Shown: piece by piece, positions 52,592-64,000 of the stretch
How the letters are laid out: every line of letters starts with the position of its first letter
Position numbering within the stretch: position 1 is the first letter of the stretch
Assembly: GCF_000150275.1 (NCBI RefSeq)
Contig: NW_002060945.1
Coordinates: forward strand, 321,872 to 385,871
From: Trichoplax adhaerens
Taxonomy: Eukaryota; Animalia; Placozoa
Reading direction: 5' to 3'
Length of the DNA: 64,000 nt
The notes under the pieces: generated by a model
Seen by the model: the letters and a program-made list of their open reading frames with translations, nothing else
The model's database searches: none
Told to the model about the DNA's origin: nothing
Translations under genes and position numbers: made by a program

Positions 52592-54594
52592 CTTGGAGAA
52601 ATACGCGTAGTTCGAAAGAGTTTGGCCAATGTTTATTGCTACAGAATAGAATGATAACTGATTATACAGTTTGAGTGAAGTTAGACTTTTATACTGTTTG
52701 TATGTTAATATCGCATTGAAAGTGTGTAGATTATTTTTGATACCTTTTACCTTTACGATCACAAAGTTATCTAGACTAGATACTCCATATATGTGTACAC
52801 ATCTACGGAGAAGTCAAAAATGAATTATAATTGTTGCCACATTTATATACAATATCGGTAACGATCGACATTCTACTCAAAGTCTAAGCTGCAGTAAATT
52901 ACAAAGGAAATTGTTCTACATTTGTCGTATATAAAATATCAATCTTGTTGAGAGTTACTCCTTTCTAGAAGAGTATAGCAAGACAATGTGGTTCATTTTA
53001 ACAAAATCGGAGGTGGACTTTTATCGCGATATGATTAGACTAGTATTATACCGTTGTTCCTCTTATTGGGAAGCGTGTATACTTGTGGATATATCACCGT
53101 ATATTGTACAGTATCTTCAACTTGTTTTTATTGTACGACATTTCTTCATCATCATCGCACTATCATTATAGTATAGTATTGCAGAGTAACCGTATCGATA
53201 GATTTCTAACATTAAGAGGCTTCGAAATCTGTCTATATACAGACTACTGTATGCACATGCTGTCGATATTATGGTATTCACAATGCACATCTCTGTGCTT
53301 CGTTCCCTTATTTTAAAGCATACACGTACTCATATATGGAATCAATGTGGAGCCGTAGAAGAGAGGCTAACATGATATGACCATGATGGTCATATTATGT
53401 CTTAGTATTTATTCTAATTCCTACATACTATGCAGTTAGTTGAAGTGTCTAAAGCTGTCCACTGTACAGTAGATTAATATGTGTAGGTATCAGTAGTTTT
53501 TTGAATTGTAACATGTTCTCATATCATGAGGTATACGTGCATTTGAGTAACTGACCAATTTCTCGTACAGTCATAAAGAATAGTTAACGGACGTAGTAGA
53601 TTAGACATCGATACGATGCGCAGGAATAAAGCAACGAATGCTAACTTTACGATTGTATACTGTTGTGAAGGTACAGCTCGCTAGTCCATGATATCATTGT
53701 CAACGTTGTATAATACAGTAACGATGTTAGGCATGATTGATTTTGCAATGCTAGCGAGAAGAATTATGAATGATGCATTTAGTACCTGATTTCAATCCTT
53801 TTCGATTATCGAGTGGGATGGCAGATTACTGTGAAGCATAATCTCTTGTAGTCGCTATCCTCTTCAAATATTCAAGTGTAGAAGAATATGACATTACTAC
53901 AGGAGTGGAGTTTATTGCATCGATGGATAGATACCAATCCCGACGAATTGACTACAAGGTAGAGAGTTAATTGCGGATTTTATACTAATGATCCAATAGT
54001 AGTCGTCTTGCAACTCTGTAATCGGTGGAACAGTTATCGACCATAGACCACGGAAAGTACCAGCTTGCAGGGAGGAATTTAGCAATATTCTCCTGTAATA
54101 GGCGTTTTCCGTTGTCACTTTAATGAATTCTAAATAACAGCCGTAACCATTAGGATTTATGGCATGACGTTAGAATGTCAAATAGAAAGATCGATTTAAT
54201 AATTGCAGTCGGTAGGGTATTCCATACCTATTATAATGGTTAACTAACGCATCTATTAATTGATGAACTATAAATAATTAATTGATGTGCACCTGCAGAA
54301 AGTACGAGTCACAGTCCTACGCTGATCTACTTGCTTTCCCAGGTACAATGATCGCTATAATTGTCAATAGTATAGGAAGCTTAAGACTAGAGAGAACCAA
54401 ATCAAGACTTTGAATATATCTCAACTAATGAATTTCTAATGGTAAAGATTGAAATAAAATTTGCAAAGGGGAGCTAGAGCTAAGTGATGCTAAACGGCCA
54501 AGCAAAAGTTTTGGGGCTAACTGGACACTGGACACTGGACAGCCGCCAGGGGTGTCATCAGAAATAGGAGGGAAGGAAAAGCGAGTCAACCGCC

Positions 54595-54836
54595 ATACTA
54601 TACAGTAGAGCCTGTACTATAGTGCGAGCTGTTATTTCTATGGCTGTAGTGTACAACACTAGACAAGCCGAAGCACAACTGTGGACATAGCCGTGTCGCT
54701 TAGAGTATCTTGATGTGCAGTACATTATACTGTAGACCACTGTACTATATACTGTACTATACAGTATAAACACCTATCTCATACAGTACTGTTCAGTATA
54801 TAGCACAGTATGGAGATTTAAACGACTGTACAGTAT
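54595..54836. repeat. TACTG/CAGTA cluster in the GALNT intergenic spacer (left side)
   Basis: ACTGTACTATATACTGTACTATACAGTA, TACAGTACTGT and ACTGTACAGTA. A nearby (CTGGACA)3 lies at 54521-54541. Confidence 0.7.
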
Positions 54837-54891
54837 ACGCGCTGCATTGGACGTTTGTCATCCTTGATTCATCCAACATTCATGAACTACT

Positions 54892-54979
54892 AACTACTTC
54901 CTAGGGAAGTAGTTTAGGAAGAAGTTTGTTATCCATGATCGAGGTAAGAGAAGAAGCTTTTTTTCTCTTACCTCGATCA
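54892..54979. repeat. Two adjacent perfect inverted repeats (10-bp and 17-bp arms)
   Basis: AACTACTTCC-TAG-GGAAGTAGTT (54892-54914) and TGATCGAGGTAAGAGAA-10nt-TTCTCTTACCTCGATCA (54936-54979). Confidence 0.9.
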
Positions 54980-55939
54980 GGGTACATGCCTCTCCTGACC
55001 GTAGTTATATTGATGGATAACTTGACTACCAGTGGAAGAGATCAATCCGTGCCATGCGCCTGGAGTATTTGGGCACGTGTTATTGTTCATGTTGTACGAT
55101 GGCCAAGAAGCAAGAAGTTCAATATCTTCAACTGGTAGCAACGCCATTTGATATCGACAAGTCTGGGATAGTGAGGACGAGAAACCCTTCTTCCAATTAA
55201 GGGTCTCTTATAAGTACTCTCCACTCGATTGACAGTTGTAACTAGGGCATGCTACTGATCGATCATCATGGACTTGATGATCCCTTCGCTGATGACATCA
55301 CTTTCGCTCACAATCAGTCTTACTCCTCTTACTGTGCAAGTGTGCATGACCAATTGACCATCTACTGTACACTTTCGTAGACTGCATCAGCATGGATGAA
55401 TAGCAACGACGTTGATCATGTCTTGCGTATGGCGTAGTACTGTATAAAGCGTTCGCCAAAATGCTTTCGCCATATTAATATAGGGCTGCTGTGCTATGGA
55501 CTATTTCAACATAAGTATGTACATCGAGAAGTTCATGATTGTACTGTACAATGTACATTGTTATGGAGTAGTCGATGGCAGTAGCAATATCCCACTCCTC
55601 CAATTTGGATCGACTTCTATAATCTTGTCGTACTGTTGATACTATGAGAGCATCCATTCGTCGCTATGCAATCATAATGGAAAGTCAATGGAAATTGATT
55701 GTCTAAAACTTCTATACATGAATATTGAGTAGTCATTCTTCTACCTTCAGTACTGTAGCTCTATAGAGCAGACATCAGTAACAGTAAGGGCTGGATCGTA
55801 AAGGCACATTGCCTACTACTTTGTTGCAATCTTGACTTTAGTCTATAAAAAGTGGAGGAGTTGGATATTACTGTTGATGCGCACAAACTACGAAACATTT
55901 TGTCATCAAGTAGTACTATAAATGGCAGTCCCATCGACT

Positions 55940-56530
55940 ACTACTGTACACTGTACACTGTGCACACAGCATATTAGATGCATCGAGTAGTCCATGATGA
56001 CTCAACATTTACATTGCCATGGAGTAAAGTAGTAGATGGCAGTTACCGGTAGTCATGATTACCCATTCATTGATCATGGACGACTAAAAGGAGTATCCTT
56101 GTCTCTTTCTTTCTTTTTACTGTAATCTCTGGCATGGAGTAGTCTACTGTACAGTATATTAGATGCATTAAGTAGTCCATCACAACTCAGCATTGTCATG
56201 GAATAGTAGATGGCAATACCAGTAGTTCGTGACTGTACATTGTCATGGAATAATGTAGAAGATGGCAGTTACCAGTCGTCCATGACCCATTAATCATGGA
56301 CGACTAAAAAGGAGAGGAGCATCCATCTTTCTTTCTTTCATTTTACTGCAGCACAGTGTACAGTGTACAGTGTCATGAAGTAACACTGCACTGTACAGTA
56401 CTGTACGCCAGCCAGTTGCAATTCCATACAGTACCGTATAGCCCAAAGTGCTCGGGAGTCTGTCGTTACATACTGTCTGTCTGTATAGTACAATAAGTGG
56501 ACGCTAGGACGGCATGGTATAGTACAGTAT
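55940..56530. repeat. Duplicated 185-220 bp module with internal sub-repeats and TACTG clusters, upstream of GALNT paralog B
   Basis: ATATTAGATGCAT..GTAGTCCAT at 55971 and 56156. TCATGGACGACTAAAA at 56074 and 56294. Sub-repeat CATTGYCATGGA..GATGGCA at 56012, 56191 and 56238 (also about 55556). TACTG arrays at 55940-55970 and 56340-56420. Confidence 0.85.
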
Positions 56531-56773
56531 AGAAGAAAGTAATTCGACTTTCAAGCGTCATACTGTAGCAGCAGCCTGCATGATGGACGACATGGATGCA
56601 CCATGTCGTCAAGCATTTGCCATCATTAGTCAGTAGCGGATAAATCATCAAACTAGTCCATCGTTTCATTGATTGTGGGTTAAGGTAAATAGAGCCTAGG
56701 GCATCTTAGGTAGCTTGGATAGACAAGGAATTGATTGATTCTTGAAAGTGCAGCAAGACACTCCAATCACAAG

Positions 56774-59700
56774 ATGATTTTCGGCTTACGTTCTATTAAA
56801 CGCTATTTAGTGCTAGCTGTTACAATCTTGGCTATCGTAACCATGGTAGTTCAATTCTATCTATGGTATAGCGAAGAAACAATTAGCGATATCATCTGGG
56901 TTGATAACCGACATAGACAGCATACTGTTGTCTTTAGGAAAGGCTCGAATAGCACTATTGTCATGATGCCTGCATTTCGACCCACACTACCTCATTACCG
57001 ACGTAATAGCTACGGTGAAAATGGCCAAGCTGTAGTCGTTCCTGCTGTATATAAGGAAGAAAGCGATCGATTATTTTCCAGAAATCGTTTCAATCAATGG
57101 GCAAGTGATCGCATTTCATTACATAGGACTTTACCTGATCAACGACCGGCTGCGTAAGTATGATAGCATGAGTTTATTTAGATATGGATCAATGCATTGA
57201 TTGATCCACAACAGATAACCTACTCAAGTTAGTAAGTTATTCGACACAACGAGGGGACAACAGTTTGATCAAGACAGTCACAAAATTGAAAGCATGAAAT
57301 TGAAATCGCTCTACAATACAAACAGTAAATCATTGGTCAACACAAAGAAGCTTCAATTTTATACCTCCAATGTCAATGATCAATCTCTTTTCATCCTATC
57401 TTGCTTGCCATGCTCTACTCTAGCCAATGGTAGGCATGTTTGATATACTGTAGAGTTGAAAGATGAAACATGGAGACACCAATCCAAGCAGATAGAAATC
57501 ACTCTATTTGTACAATACAAACAGTTCATTACTTGTTAACGGAAATAAGCTTCAATTTTATACCATCAACGTTAGTGTCAATATCTTTTCATCCTATTTT
57601 GCTATATTGTACTCCTTTCAATATTAGGCATGTTAATCAAAGATTTACATGTTGAACTGACGAATAGACGCAGATAGAATGGACTTAAAATGAGAAAACA
57701 GTCACATCTGTAATAGAATTGTTGTTGATATCAATAATACCCTAACTAGTCTAGTTCAAGTTTTTTACTTAATGAATCTTGGCTGACATCGTCATTTTAA
57801 ATTCTCAAAAAATGATCTTGATTCATTCGCACATTATCCTTCTATATTGTTGAATTAATGAATTGTACATAGAAAATGTATTGTAAAGTAATTGTGGATA
57901 ATATCAATATACATATTACAGATGTAGAAAACAACTCTTTCCTACCAATCTTCCACCAGCAAGTCTTGTTATCGTTTTCCATAACGAGGCATGGTCGACT
58001 CTATTACGAACAGTGCATAGTGTCCTGGATAGGTCTGATCCTCGCTTAATGCGAGAAATTATTCTTGTCGATGATTGTAGTGAGATTAAAGGCCACGGTA
58101 GGAAAATAACTTACTTTCCAATCAACTATCAACTCAATGTGATTCAACTTTATATTTAAATTTCCTCGTATTATTTTAGAGGAACTTCAAGCTCCACTTG
58201 AAAAATACATTCAAAAATTGAAAATTGTCAAATTGGTGCGAAATAAAAAGCGCCAAGGATTGATTCGTGCAAGATTAAGAGGTAAGAATCAATGACAACG
58301 GTAGAAACTAGAAGCGAGTATAGATATCTTAAATACGCGATGTTGTTTCATACTATACAATCAGCAAATCGAAATGACTAGATGGGCATGCTGTACTTTA
58401 TCACGCTACAGCAACTTCAAAAATAAATAACCATTGAAACCAAAATTAGAGGATAATAACATGTTTTCTATACCGATATATACTAGGGTACAAGGAAGTA
58501 ACCTCACCAGTTATTGTATTCCTTGACGCACATTGCGAGGTCGTTGATGGCTGGCTAGAACCACTACTTGCGAGGATACATGAAAATCGTTCTAACGTCG
58601 TCTGTCCAGAAATTGACGTAATTAGCTTTGAAAACTTTGGCTATAGTTATGCTTCAGGAATTCGTGGAGTATTTAATTGGAATTTACATTTTCGTTGGCG
58701 CACCCTTCCTGCAGTAGAACAACAACGTCGAAAATCCGTCATTGATCCTATTCGGTTTGTTTCAATGTCAACAATTTATGATTCTAATCATTCCATTGAT
58801 CCATCCCACTCTACTCTGCATACAACTAGATAAAAGATAATATTACTCATCTATTTTTATACTATTATCTGAACAATTTTAGATCTCCTACCATGGCTGG
58901 TGGTTTATTTGCAATCCATAAGAAATATTTTGAAGATATCGGTTTATATGACGATGAAATGGATATCTGGGGAGGAGAAAATTTAGAAATGTCATTTCGG
59001 GTACAAATACGATCATAAAAACTTTTCTTTGATCAAAAAATTTTTTTACTACTACTAGATATCAATTGGAAGAGTTAAAAGCAATACGAGTACACACTTA
59101 AGATTGAACAAATAGAAAAGCTACATCTTAATAATGATTTTAAAATCCTATCATACGCGTAGATTTGGCAATGTGGCGGTAACTTAGAAATTATTCCATG
59201 CTCCCATGTTGGCCATGTTTTCCGCAAAAGTCAACCTTACACCTTTCCCAAAGGTGCTGGTGAGACATTAAACAAAAACTTACAGCGCGTCGCCGAAGTG
59301 TGGATGGATAACTATAAAGATATCTTTTACAATCGATTTCCAAACTTACGCCAGCATAGCTATGGCGATATTAGCAAGCGTATAGAATTACGAAAAAAGT
59401 TAAAATGTAAAAGTTTTGACTGGTATTTAAAGAACGTTTTTACAGATGTACAATATCCTGATATGATCTTTCTGGCTAAAGGAGAGGTATCTTCAAATTG
59501 ATAATGCAAAAAATACTTCACTCGAATTTATTTACTGTACTGTACATTATTGCATACAGCCATATGTACTTATTTACTAGCTGTTGATCAATTACTTAAT
59601 AGTATTATATCGTTCATCTATCAGCTTCGTAATCCTAGTACCGGCTACTGTCTCGACTCTATGGGTAATAAAGAATATGCCGATATTGGGATTTATCCTT

Positions 59701-60228
59701 GTCATGGCCAAGGTGGCAACCAAGTATGTTGATTATCATCAAACTGATTAACTTTAAGCTCCTAGTTATATTGAAAGGAATATTTGATACTATAATATAC
59801 TATTTGTGTATGTGATCGTAATACAATTCAATAACTCCACTATTACCATTTTTGATTGTAGTTGTTAACATACACTATTCGTAAGGAATTGGAAATGGAT
59901 GAAGTATGTTTAGATGCACTCTCAAGACGTGTTGCAGGAACAGTAAAAATGGCACCATGCCATAGAAAAAAAGGCACACAACTTTGGGAGCACAAAGAAG
60001 TTAGTAATGATACTAATAAATCCATTTAGCAATATTTATTCTAGCATACGGCAGCTATCGATCTAACAGTTCTTTCATTACTAGGGTGGACAGGTGAGAA
60101 ATCCAGAAACGAATTTATGTATCGATAAGGGTACAGGAAGTCATGTCACCCTGCAGCTATGTAGCGATGTCGATTCACAGAAATGGTCATTCGCCCGATA
60201 TTATTCTGATGTTACTCCGGTTCCATAG
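56774..60228 (+). CDS. GALNT: Polypeptide N-acetylgalactosaminyltransferase (GT27), paralog B
   Basis: TM N-terminus ([22 protein letters not shown]..), [70 protein letters not shown], and lectin [12 protein letters not shown]. The intron positions match paralog A. Confidence 0.95.
57300..57640. repeat. Two-copy tandem duplication, period 199 bp, in GALNT-B intron 1
   Basis: TACAATACAAACAGT at 57312 and 57511. AAGCTTCAATTTTATACC at 57348 and 57547. TCTTTTCATCCTAT and TAGGCATGTT also recur. Confidence 0.9.
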
Positions 60229-63200
60229 ATAGATTTTTTTTATTTCTAAAATAACTATAGTATAGAAACTTTCCAAAAATGTTAATACTCGATGATATTC
60301 TATTCCGATCAGCATACTTTTGCGGTATATTTGTTCAACAACAGTATCTACACAGCCGGCTTTTTAGAAAGTCGGTTTATTCCTAAGTAGTTAATATGAG
60401 AGGAGAATTATGTTTTATTGCTATTACAAAGATTAAAGATTAATATTTTGATACATACAGTACGTATATATTACAGGCAATATGCTCGTACCCATTATGC
60501 GAGCAATGACTACTACTAAAAATTTAGTAGTCCCTGATGCGAGTACATGGCATATAAATATCAGAGGAGAGCAGATTTATTCTATTTGTCTATAAGATGG
60601 ATGAAATAACTAACATCATCTTCATCTACTGTAATAATATACAGATAAAATGATGTTACTAGGTTGCATTTTACTATTATGTACTGTACATGTAGCTAGG
60701 CGACAATGACAGAATTTTCTTCTCATTTTATGATATGATATTATACTAATTCCGTTAATATATCTATCGCTTAATGAAGTTGATTTTTAGATGGAATTGC
60801 GCTTAAGATAGCACTTTAATCGCTTCCTTTGTTTCTGTCTTAATTTTCCCCCTTTATTGATTAACGTGCTGACTGAATGAGACATAAAGGAAATTCATGT
60901 ATACTTCTTATATATCTAAATTTGGCAAATTGTATTATTATTAAGTATCCCTTTGTGAACGTGTGTGCATAAATGGGAATTATATTATTGATTAATAAGT
61001 TAATGTGTAATGATTTTACATTGTCAGTAGCTTAATGCCGATATCTTATAAATAATCGGAATTATCTACGCCAACAGATTTTTGTGTTAAAATAGCCGTA
61101 AGTTTATCGCCTGTCGAAATTGGAGAGATCATTTGTGTCCATATTATCTAAGCTTAATTTGGGTATAGATGTAACCACAACTTCAATCTTTTTGATGTTT
61201 GAATTATGGTGTGCAATGACTATCTCTATAAACATATATGTTCGTTATAATGCCTATGAAATTATTTTACATCTGCTGATAGCGAAAAATAAAAATGGAT
61301 ACATCAATGCACTCGTGTTAATGTATTGTGGCGCTTCGTACTGACATTGAAAAAGGTGCAATGAGTTTTCATTGGTCGAAAAATGATCGCGTGTAAACAT
61401 TAAAAAATGCAGTATAACTTTAAATTAAATAATCTTGTGAATAAATTTCTATTATATGCTGAAGTACTTTTGTAATATATCTTTTGATAGAAAGTATTCG
61501 TTATTTTAATTATTATTGTCGGAAAACCTTTCGTAAACGATTCTCTACCACGAAAACGGACAAAGATATCCAAATGAAAGATGCTATTCGGGTCTATATA
61601 AATCCTTTAGAATTGAAATAAAGTTAAAATATTATTCTGATCACAAATATATATTATACACACATATTCAAGCATGCTATGCAACGCATATATTTTAAAA
61701 CTGTTTATCGGTACTTACACTTAATAAGCTGTGTTAAAAATAAATTGAAAGCCTACTAATATTTAATTTCATGATTTGTATCTCTACACTCGTATGTCAT
61801 AAATTAATGAATGCTAATATCTTTCATAACTAGTTCTAGCACATTATGCTTAAATTAAAGAAGTTTAAAATATTAATAACATAATCCTGTTTCAATTTAT
61901 TTATTCATTAAATAAACATATCGAATACAAAAATTAGAACTACATGTCCACGTAAAAATATCATAGTAATGCTAAGCTAAATGTAGCTTTTTATGTGATT
62001 CAATTAGGTAAAAGCCTCTTTAAAGAAACATTGTCTATTTACAGACGAAGTTTACATATTATCGACTAATAAGATGAAATGGTACATACGTATTTAGATA
62101 GGAAAAAAAATAACGCAAATGAAATGAATTAAAAAATAGGAGAACAATCAAGTGCTATGTCTTCGCATATTGTTATAAAAAACTATTACTGCAATCAATT
62201 CTGTACAATATTAATTATCTCTGCTACGGCTACTGTGTCTGTAACATTTTAAATCACAAAGCAGCAATAGAAGAAGATTTATAAATATTGGATATTATCA
62301 CTTTTTACATTAACTTCCTGCACATTAAAAGATCATTCGTCATGACGGCATATATAGACGTGATCATCGCTAAATTACCCATGGCTAAATTCCCCAAATT
62401 TACTATGCATCAATTTTTCTACTGACATAAAAGTATGGCCTTACAATGCTGTCGTAGCGAAGCTACTAAATAAACTATAGTTCTAGTTATTGTTGTCAAC
62501 ATGTTTGCAGAAGTTAAAAATAGATACTTGTTAAAATGGGAATAATTTTAAAAGAAACTAATTTTGTACTGTCATTATAATATTATATCAATTTAGTTTT
62601 CCGCAGAACTATAATAATTGTAGAATTTTCCACTCGTATACAAAATCTCGTAAGTTGTAAGTAATAAATGCGATTTGAATACAGTACTATTATTTAAGAT
62701 CTCAAGATCGTAAAAATATAAGGTGCACGTAAAATAGCCTCACAATTCTTGTAAAAGTTATAGAAAATTTTATCTACCAGGGCTAGTTATATACAACTGA
62801 TTCAATTTGATACAGAACCAGTATAAAATCTGTTATATTCCGAGTCTTTTGTGACTAAATTGCGCCCAGTTGAAGAAGTAAATTTAGTTACAATTACAAT
62901 AATATTCATACTTTCTACATCCATACTGTCTTGAAAGAAAATAGAGGTGATGATAACTTAAACAATATTCTACTAATGATTTCTAAGGTGAAATGAAATA
63001 AGAGCTAGTTATAAATCTAAATTTGTAACCAAAGTATTAAATTACAATCTGTAAATTAAATACTACAAGTCTACTGTAAGGCCTATCCTCCCCGATATCG
63101 ACCTACAATACGATACGAAACACTAATGATATTACTGTCGTCAGAAGATTGCCGTAAACTATACATCTCTCTAGATTAAACTATTAAAGCATAGAAATCT

Positions 63201-63622
63201 CATCAATAGCAGTAATATAAACTAATATCACATCGTACTATCTGTCGAAAATAAAGGAGTATTTGCCTACCAAAGTCACATAGTGGCAGATTACGTCGAA
63301 AATTCTTACGTAATTGCAGCTAGTACTTTCACTTGATATAATGCGAATTCAATAATAAATCTGAATTAGAATATGATGCTTATAGGTGAACTTTATATAA
63401 CATATAAGCGTATATATATTTGTTCAATATGCGACAAATTCAGTTATCAGAATATAGCTATAGGCACGTAACTTACGTATTTTTCGCATGTAGATTATGG
63501 AATGTACAATGTTCTAAGTGATACTAGTATTATAAACTATCTTATCAAATTGTAGAAAAGTGTAAAGTGCACACTCAAACATCCTACCAATTTAAAGACA
63601 AAAATATAGATAAACCTACAAA

Positions 63623-63764
63623 ATCTCTGATGATTTTTAAATAACACAGTTTATTAGATGATAGCATTACTGAATGCGATATAAAATCAATAATCTCTGA
63701 TGACCTTTAAAATGATGCAGTTATGACAGGAAACTAATACTGGAGGCGACATAATATCAATAAT
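63623..63764. repeat. Two-copy diverged tandem duplication, period 70 bp
   Basis: ATCTCTGATGA at 63623 and 63693. Both units end TACTG..GCGA(T/C)ATAA(A/T)ATCAATAAT. Confidence 0.8.
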
Positions 63765-64000
63765 TAGTACAATTCTTTATAAACAGAATTAAAGAATGGT
63801 TAGTGTTTTTGCGACATAAGTTACTTTACAGCAATGAAACTCTGCAAAATAGCGATACAGAAAATCAAGTTGATCGATAGCCCAACATCCTGTGATAATA
63901 TTTTCTTTAATCTAACATATTGTAAGAACGCTTTTACAGTATAGCATTTAGGGAGAAAAATACAATTCAGAAAATTGGATAGATTTTTCTCATATGTATC

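Noticed and set aside
62445-62465. Possible minus-strand micro-exon (tag/CTTCGCTACGACAGCATT/gtaagg) and other splice-like signals in 60300-64000
   Set aside because: I could not assemble a chain of compatible exons or a recognisable protein, so this is treated as non-coding.
63623-63764. TGATGA...CTGA as a box C/D snoRNA
   Set aside because: The C-to-D distance is only about 45 nt, there is no terminal stem, and the D box is absent in the second copy.

Overview
This is AT-rich (roughly one-third GC by eye), gene-dense animal DNA with many short (about 70-120 nt) spliceosomal introns. That architecture fits a placozoan (Trichoplax-like) genome, which is an inference. Left to right there are eight multi-exon genes: a 25-kb DNHD1-like dynein heavy chain (+) with an RFX X-box upstream and a catalytically degenerate AAA1; a small EGF-like single-pass membrane protein (-); a small C3HC4 RING protein (-); INO80C (-), head-to-head with SF3B1 (+); OXNAD1 (+); and a head-to-head pair of intact polypeptide GalNAc-transferase paralogs. 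The most notable non-coding signals are dense two-orientation (TACTG/CAGTA)n arrays and an ATGGAC(T/G)AC motif that cluster just upstream of gene starts. There are also several diverged 70-250 bp local tandem duplications in long introns and spacers, and a double hairpin between the GALNT genes. The INO80C-SF3B1-OXNAD1-GALNT order may be an ancient metazoan microsynteny block. I recognised no rRNA, tRNA, CRISPR array or transposase. Exon boundaries were read by eye.
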